Below are positions 54,328 through 64,000 of a DNA stretch of 64,000 nucleotides, piece by piece. The position numbers and the translations under genes are program-made. Under the pieces are notes generated by a model. The model saw only the letters and a list, made by a program, of their open reading frames with translations, ran no database searches and was not told the origin of the DNA. Positions within the stretch are counted from its first letter, which is position 1. Every line of letters begins with the position of its first letter. Source of the stretch: Trichoplax sp. H2. Lineage: Eukaryota. The stretch spans positions 1-64,000 of the forward strand of contig NOWV01000194.1 of the NCBI GenBank assembly GCA_003344405.1, written 5' to 3'.

Positions 54328-57300
54328 ATGAAGACGCCATTTGCGGTCTTGAATTTCTTCCTTGTGTTTTACTTATCGGCTGTTTTATGTGTTACTTATC
54401 AGCCTACATGGGAATCCTTGGATAAGAGACCTTTACCGGATTGGTATGATAAAGCAAAAATTGGCATTTTTATGCATTGGGGAGTATTCTCGGTGCCGAG
54501 TTATGGCCACTCTGGTGCTGCTAGTGAATGGTTTTGGCATAACTGGAAAAGGAACAAGCCTGATGCAGGAACAGTTGAATTTATGAAGAAAAATTTCCGC
54601 CCTGATTTCCAATATACTGATTTTGCTCCCATGTTTCGTGCAGAATTGTACGATCCTTACGAATGGGCTGAAATAATCCAAAATTCTGGCGCAAAGTAAG
54701 TGTATGGACCAATACCATCAGTAGTGCATGCTAAATCCACTGGTCTCCAACCGCTTCACTTCAGTAACAATCATTTATTAAATAACCGATCCAATACATG
54801 ATCATAGTTAATTCATCCGTCTATACTATAGCCATCCTACATCAAGACACCATCACCATAGGTATCAGTCTGTAAAGTAGACAGTCATTTATCCATTCGA
54901 AAAACTTACGTCATTGGCGATCTCCTTTTGCCTCATTTCTATCCGATGTAGTAATACGCGTACTTTACTGTACTTTCCATGTCTGATAATATGAAAACTG
55001 CACTGTTGATGTTCACTTGCTACTAGTCTTGTCGCCTTGTCCCCAAAATACCAATAGTTCAATATGTATAGACACTGGTACCACAATAAATTGGTCAACT
55101 TATACCGCACAACAGTACTCTACTGTATCCACGCTTTGCATTAAAATCGAAAATACTGTACTAGATAATATGTCTACAGCTCACCGTTCAACGAGTTATC
55201 AATAGTAAACAATTGCCATCAACAACATTACTTTACCGGAAAGATTACAACATCATCTTTAAATTATCTTGTACTTATATCCAATCATCATCAATCGATA
55301 TTCAAAAAAAGAGTATTACAAATTCTCACTTTCAATTAACCCATTTTGATTGATCCTTCAAACTATAGATATGTCATCTTAACTTCAAAGCATCATGAAG
55401 GATATACCCTTTATCCATCCAAGCCTTCATGGAATTGGAATTCTATGACCGTCGGATCCAAAAGAGATCTTCTAGGTAATGATGATTTAGACATAGATAG
55501 TCTTACATTTCTTGACTTCTTCCAAGAGGTATAATTTATTTCAAATCGAATACCTTACAACTATCTTGATGGTACTGTATATCATTACAACGTATTAAGC
55601 ATAAAACTGTCTTCTACCATCTTTCACTGTAATATCACATGTACTGTAGACATACGTACAATTTTATCGCTTCCATATCATAATTATGTTATCATCGATT
55701 ACAAGTCGCCAATTTTGAGAATGTCAACTTACAAGTATACGCGTATATCTCCATCGTGTTACACCTCGATAATACCCTTTCAATCGATTTTATGCTTGAA
55801 TTGAGTAATACGTACGTACGAATAGGTACCATTATTAAATGTATCTTTAAATGCAAGATTGGCATTCTTACAATCGGATAATGCTCTACAAATGTTTCTG
55901 TAGTAGTTGACGCAATACGTATGCCATACATACTGTACATTTAATGGAGATGGTGCAGCAATTTCCACATTATCGCTCTCATTGACATTCATCAATGTCA
56001 AGGAACGATCTACAATACTAAGATGCATTTACTGATCTATCTCATCTAATCCAGGTGAATTGGCTCATGCAATTAGAAACAAAACAAAAGTTCGCTTCGG
56101 TGCTTATCACTCACTCTTTGAATGGTTTAATCCAATCTTTCTGCAAGATCAAAAAAACAACTTCAAAACTAAAACCTACGTACAAGTAAATGATGAATTA
56201 TCCTATAGAAATTAATTTCTGCTTGCATAACGGTGATATAGTTACGATTACGACTCAGTTATAAAATTCTCTATGAAATGAAATTTCATTCTAGTATGTT
56301 AGCACCAGAAACACTTTGTCCATTTGATAGGATTGTAGGACATTATCACCACTAAGATTTATTTTTACTATGTTATCACCAAGATGTTAATGTTTCATAA
56401 AATAATAAATCAACTAGGAAGTTCTAATGCCCGAGATACATGATCTGATCGTGAATTATAAGCCAGAGATTTTGTGGGCTGATGGTGAATGGGCGGCGAA
56501 TGATACTTATTGGCAGAGCAAACAGCTCCTTGCGTGGTTATATAATAAAAGGTTATAACTACAAGATAAATCATATTATAGATGGATCATGAAATCATAA
56601 TTTTATCTCATTTAAGGCTTTATAAATTAACATTTTTAATTTCTACATAAATTAGCCCTGTCAAAAATACCATTGTCACTAACGATCGATGGGGTAAAGG
56701 GGATAGAAATAAACATGGTGGTTTTTTTACTGGTGGCGATCGCTACAGCCCTGGCACTATACAGAAGCATAAATTTGAAAATGCCATGACTATCGATCGT
56801 TATAGCTGGGGTTTCTCTCGGCCATCTAACCTAAACGCTTACTTGACTATTGAAGAATTATTATCAATTTTAGCTAAAACAATTAGGTATGGCTTTGTTA
56901 AGCATAGCACTAAACGTATCTATACGTTATTATGTGCAGTACACTAATTATCTATTGGTGTTATATTATAACTAAACAAAAATTATATATCACTCTGATG
57001 CAATCGTGCTCATAGCTTGCTAATCTTTGAATTGTTTTTTGTGTCATAAATAGTTGTAATGGTAATTTAGCCATTAATATCGGACCAACACATGATGGTC
57101 GTATTGTACCGATCTTCCAAGAGAGACTGTCTCAACTTGGCCAATGGCTAAAAGTAAATGGTGATGGCATTTACGAGACTCGACCATGGCATGTGGCCAA
57201 AGACTCTAGTAACAGTAATGTTTGGTAAGCTAGCCCATAGCAAGCTACTTCAAAATTTTTTATCTAGACAAAAGACTTAAACAACAAACACAGTAATACG

Positions 57301-57604
57301 CCTACATGACAGATATATTAAGACAACTGACAGTTTAACACCTTTTCTTCTCAGGTATACATCCAAGAATGGTACCGTGTATGCTATCGTTCTTAAGTGG
57401 CCAGGTTCTACTTTATCCTTAGCTGAACCAATGGTGCAGGCAAAGGAAACTAAAATTGGTTTACTTGGGTACAAAGGGAATTTTTCATTTAAAAGTCAAT
57501 CCAAGAATAAGGGAGTCATTATTAACATTCCACCATTAACCGTTGCTCAATTACCATGCAAGTGGGCTTGGGTATTTACATTTACTAATTTAAAAAATAA
57601 GTAA
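54328..57604 (+). CDS. FUCA: Alpha-L-fucosidase (GH29), secreted/lysosomal, multi-exon
   Basis: Signal peptide, then [34 protein letters not shown] (exon 1 54328-54695), [42 protein letters not shown] (nucleophile Asp), [25 protein letters not shown] and [16 protein letters not shown]. Confidence 0.96.
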
Positions 57605-59098
57605 GATACTGTAGTGTGAGGTGGTAGAGCTTACCCAAATCGCGATAACTATTATTATTGCAACTAGTCTTACATCCTATGTTACAATATGCTGTAGATA
57701 TTACAATGCATAGTATCGTTTTAATCTTGTCAAACCAATCCAAAAATTGGTATCACAGTGTATGGATAGATTCCTGAACTGTTCCTACTTTTAAAATTGT
57801 CTTAAAATGCAAATTTTTGTCGTATTCTGTGCATCTTGTAGTGAATATTTCTTAATTTTACAGGAAACATTATCGCACCATGGTGCTTTTCCATTAACAC
57901 CGTATGATTTTTAATTCTTGTAGTCATGATGGTATAATCTGTAAGATTACGTAATCATGTATCAAATTCAGTTCCAAGACCACTGATACATCACAAAGAT
58001 CTATCAGAAGTGCGTTTAATGAATTTTTATCCAATGGTATATGTACTTGGTAAACTATGATGACGAATCAGTGTCGGTTTGATCATAAAGTAACTATAGC
58101 GAATAATATGTTTATGTTCTCGTTTGTTTATTAAATGTAAACACATTTCTATGTTCTATGTAGGATTAGGTATATACTAGATAAAACAATAAAAAATTAC
58201 AGTATTGTTAATGGAATCAAACGTAGGTGGAAATTATTGATGCAATAAACTACACAATATACATATTAAAATTTCGCGTACACCATCTTCTTCTGAGTAC
58301 TCCCAATCACACCAATCGCAAACATTACACTTTACAAATTCATCAAAGCTAAGTTTTTTGCTCCTCTCTTTCCATGCACGGCAACTTTAACACAACGGAA
58401 GAAATCCACACGTTTTGATCAAAGTAAGTATAATAAGCACTTTATTAATGAATTATGTGCAATATGAAATATTAAAATGAAACAAAAAAAGACTTAAAGT
58501 TCATAACTAGCATCTATTGTATGTTGAATCTATCCCTGACAGCATTTAAACTAAGTGCAGCAAATTGATTTCATCAATACTAAGCTGATGCAGTTCTTAA
58601 CTAAACAAAGTAGTTGACTACGGTTGTTATGAAAGTCTAAGAAGTTGTCAAGAAATAGATATCTTTCTGCTTTAAACAAATCATTCATCATCTTCGACAG
58701 AGAGAATTGAATATGCAAAATTGCTTCTACAGGTAAAGACAATAACAGTGCTAGTAGAGTCACATTTCAAGATGATACAAACAATCATCCGACGATGGCA
58801 TTATTCAAACATATCTTCGATAACAATACAGGTTTTCAGTTTACAATTAACTGTACAAAAAATCGCCACTTAAAACCAGCAAATATACTGTGTAATAGGC
58901 TCCTAGATTATACCAGGATAAAAAATGCAACACATATTTCACATACGAATACTTTAAAACTGGCATAGAGACTGAAATCGGGTATTACCTATAAATTAGT
59001 GTTTACGTAAATATAATGCTACATAATATTATAAAAATTGCCACAACTTGTATGGATTACTTTAATTTCTCACGTAGCAAAAACAATTGTTCACCCTT

Positions 59099-61910
<2,812 letters not shown>

Positions 61911-64000
61911 CAGGTGAAATTGCAAATTATTTAGTTATTCTATCCAGTTTCCACCTATGCAAAGAAATAAGAAATAGCCGTATGATTAACTAATTGCACA
62001 GTATCTATAGTTCCAGCAGTAATTCCGTTTAATCATAGGGTAATATTGAAGAACCATGATTAATATGCTCCAGATAGGCTCAAGACAAAAAACGGCATAC
62101 AGTACACAAATAGTAAGAGTGGAAAGTAGAAACTTAAAGTTGTTCATAAACTTTCATGTATAGGTAATTGCAGCGTCTACGTGAAGTGCTAGTTTTGCAT
62201 CATACACTTAGGTGTGGATTGCAATTCTTTTTTTGGCTAAACATAAAATCAAGCATGAATATCAAAGAAGTAGGAAACTACTCTATTTAAATAGTCTACA
62301 CAGCACTGCCATAGTGGTTAGATAGACAACGCATGATATCTACAGCCACTACTACATTAATAATTACAAATTACCGTAGTACAATCGACTAGGTATTGCC
62401 TATTTAAACTCTTATTCATCACTACAATCTATATAATTTCGTGTATCCTTAATCAGAAGATCCATAGATAAAACCAGCGATTGAAATAGAGAACGCTTGA
62501 GAAAGATAATTTGAAAGATAGATTACTATAAATTGTTGTATTGGTATAGACATCCTACCCCATGAAATGGTCAATGTTAGTAAATCTATTGCCCAATTTT
62601 GGCTAAGACTAACATCGCAAGGTTAATTTATAAGGTGTGGTAAAGACCTTATTCAGGCTTTGACGATATAGAAATTAACTTGTAAAATTTGCTGAAGGAG
62701 CAATCTGTAGATACAATGAAAACTCCAATTTTGTTACATTCTTAAAATCAATTTACTGCAGCAGATATGCAGCTAATTGCAAGGTGTGACCGCCTCACAA
62801 CATGATCAATATATTGTCCTTTCCATGTAATCATGTTGTGCCTTCTGGATACTCTGTTCGATTAGTTCACGGTATCGTGATCTACGAATATGATGGGTGG
62901 TTGCTATTGTCGACATGATTAAATTAGATTTAATGTAATTTATTAGAGTTTTCCATAGAAACTTAAACACTTCCATCCGAAGCAACTCTTTCGAATTCTT
63001 TTGGCTTAATGTTACTGATGCACTAGTCCACAGTCAGTGCTCACACATTTGTTATACATCCACTTATTCCATATCCTATGAGTATTTGCGTCGTTGCACA
63101 GATTTAATGCAATAAATAGTATAATCATTTTGTTGCAGTTTATCCATCATTGCAGATATATTGATCATCATAGAATACTGTACAGTACGCACATTTACTG
63201 GCAATGACTTGTTGTAATTACTGCAGCGCTATTTTAAACATGCTGTGTAAGTATCATAAATTTATTCAGTGCAATCAAAATAGTACTAAGGTTGCACATG
63301 AGGATCAGCGACTGCACATTGTACAATCTCAAAGAAGTAGATCATGCCTCGAACTATCCCTCTCCTAACGCCAATAATGACAAATAAAGGTACTCGTATT
63401 ACCAAAAACAGTGAATGGGATTATGACTAAATGTGCATAGAGATCATTCTAGTCATATACCTGATAAAAAAAAATAAAAAGTTATACCTTTGGTTGAGGA
63501 ATATGAATCGATGCATTAAAAGATACTTAGTACTCGCACGGTAAATTGCAAACATCGTACAGTATAGCCATTAGATAACGTTACAAATGTTCCTTTAAGT
63601 GTACAATAGCTCAATTGCTTTCCTGCGATTGTTGTTATAATATTTTAAGCATAAACATGCCGGCATCAGTACAGTACTTGCAAAAGCACGCTTACAGGTG
63701 CAGCGTGGTGTTCTATACTCTTATTGTATTACAACATTCAACAAGTATGATTGAACTGGCAATAAAGACAAGCTACAGTATAACAATCCATATTGAAAGC
63801 ATTAGAGCAACGCATAGGAAAAAAAGAAGAATACAGTCATAGACCTAGAAAATTGTTGATAGTGGAATTTCATGTACAACAAATTGATCCCCAAAAAAGA
63901 TAATCCCAAATAACTTTGTAGTTTAGTTCTAATTAAATATCCTACTAGCAGATTAGTAGCATAATAAATTAGCTCAGAAGCTTATAGTTATCCAAATAAT

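Noticed and set aside
61960..64000. Possible non-coding 5' exons of CDK4/6 (e.g. near 62375-62400 and 63490)
   Set aside because: Only splice-like dinucleotides are visible; cannot be supported without transcript data.

Overview
AT-rich eukaryotic genomic DNA with many short GT-AG introns. The gene content and style (intronless rhodopsin-type GPCR paralogs, 42-aa-type TPR repeats, compact introns) suggest an early-branching animal, most likely a placozoan such as Trichoplax; this is an inference. From left to right: (1) a tandem duplication carrying two intronless class A GPCR genes, whose paralogous flanks expose filled versus empty sites for a 561-bp solo-LTR-like insertion and a 71-bp palindromic element; (2) a TPR pseudogene with an internal inverted duplication; (3) a ~23.5-kb ZZEF1 ortholog (- strand) head-to-head with NUF2 (+); (4) a possible decayed Frizzled-CRD/7TM pseudogene; (5) THUMPD1 (-) head-to-head with alpha-L-fucosidase (+); (6) a CDK4/6 ortholog (-). 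The most striking non-genic pattern is that both divergent promoter regions and the neighbouring 5' introns hold unrelated tandem arrays (180 bp x6, 212 bp x5 plus decayed copies, 79 bp x4, 180-318 bp x4, and older ~110-200 bp arrays), while most internal introns stay short and unique. Two arrays copy functional-looking signals: the NUF2 exon-2 splice acceptor, and a MiT/TFE (CLEAR/M-box-like) motif upstream of the lysosomal fucosidase. I found no CRISPR array, rRNA or tRNA. All exon models were read by eye.
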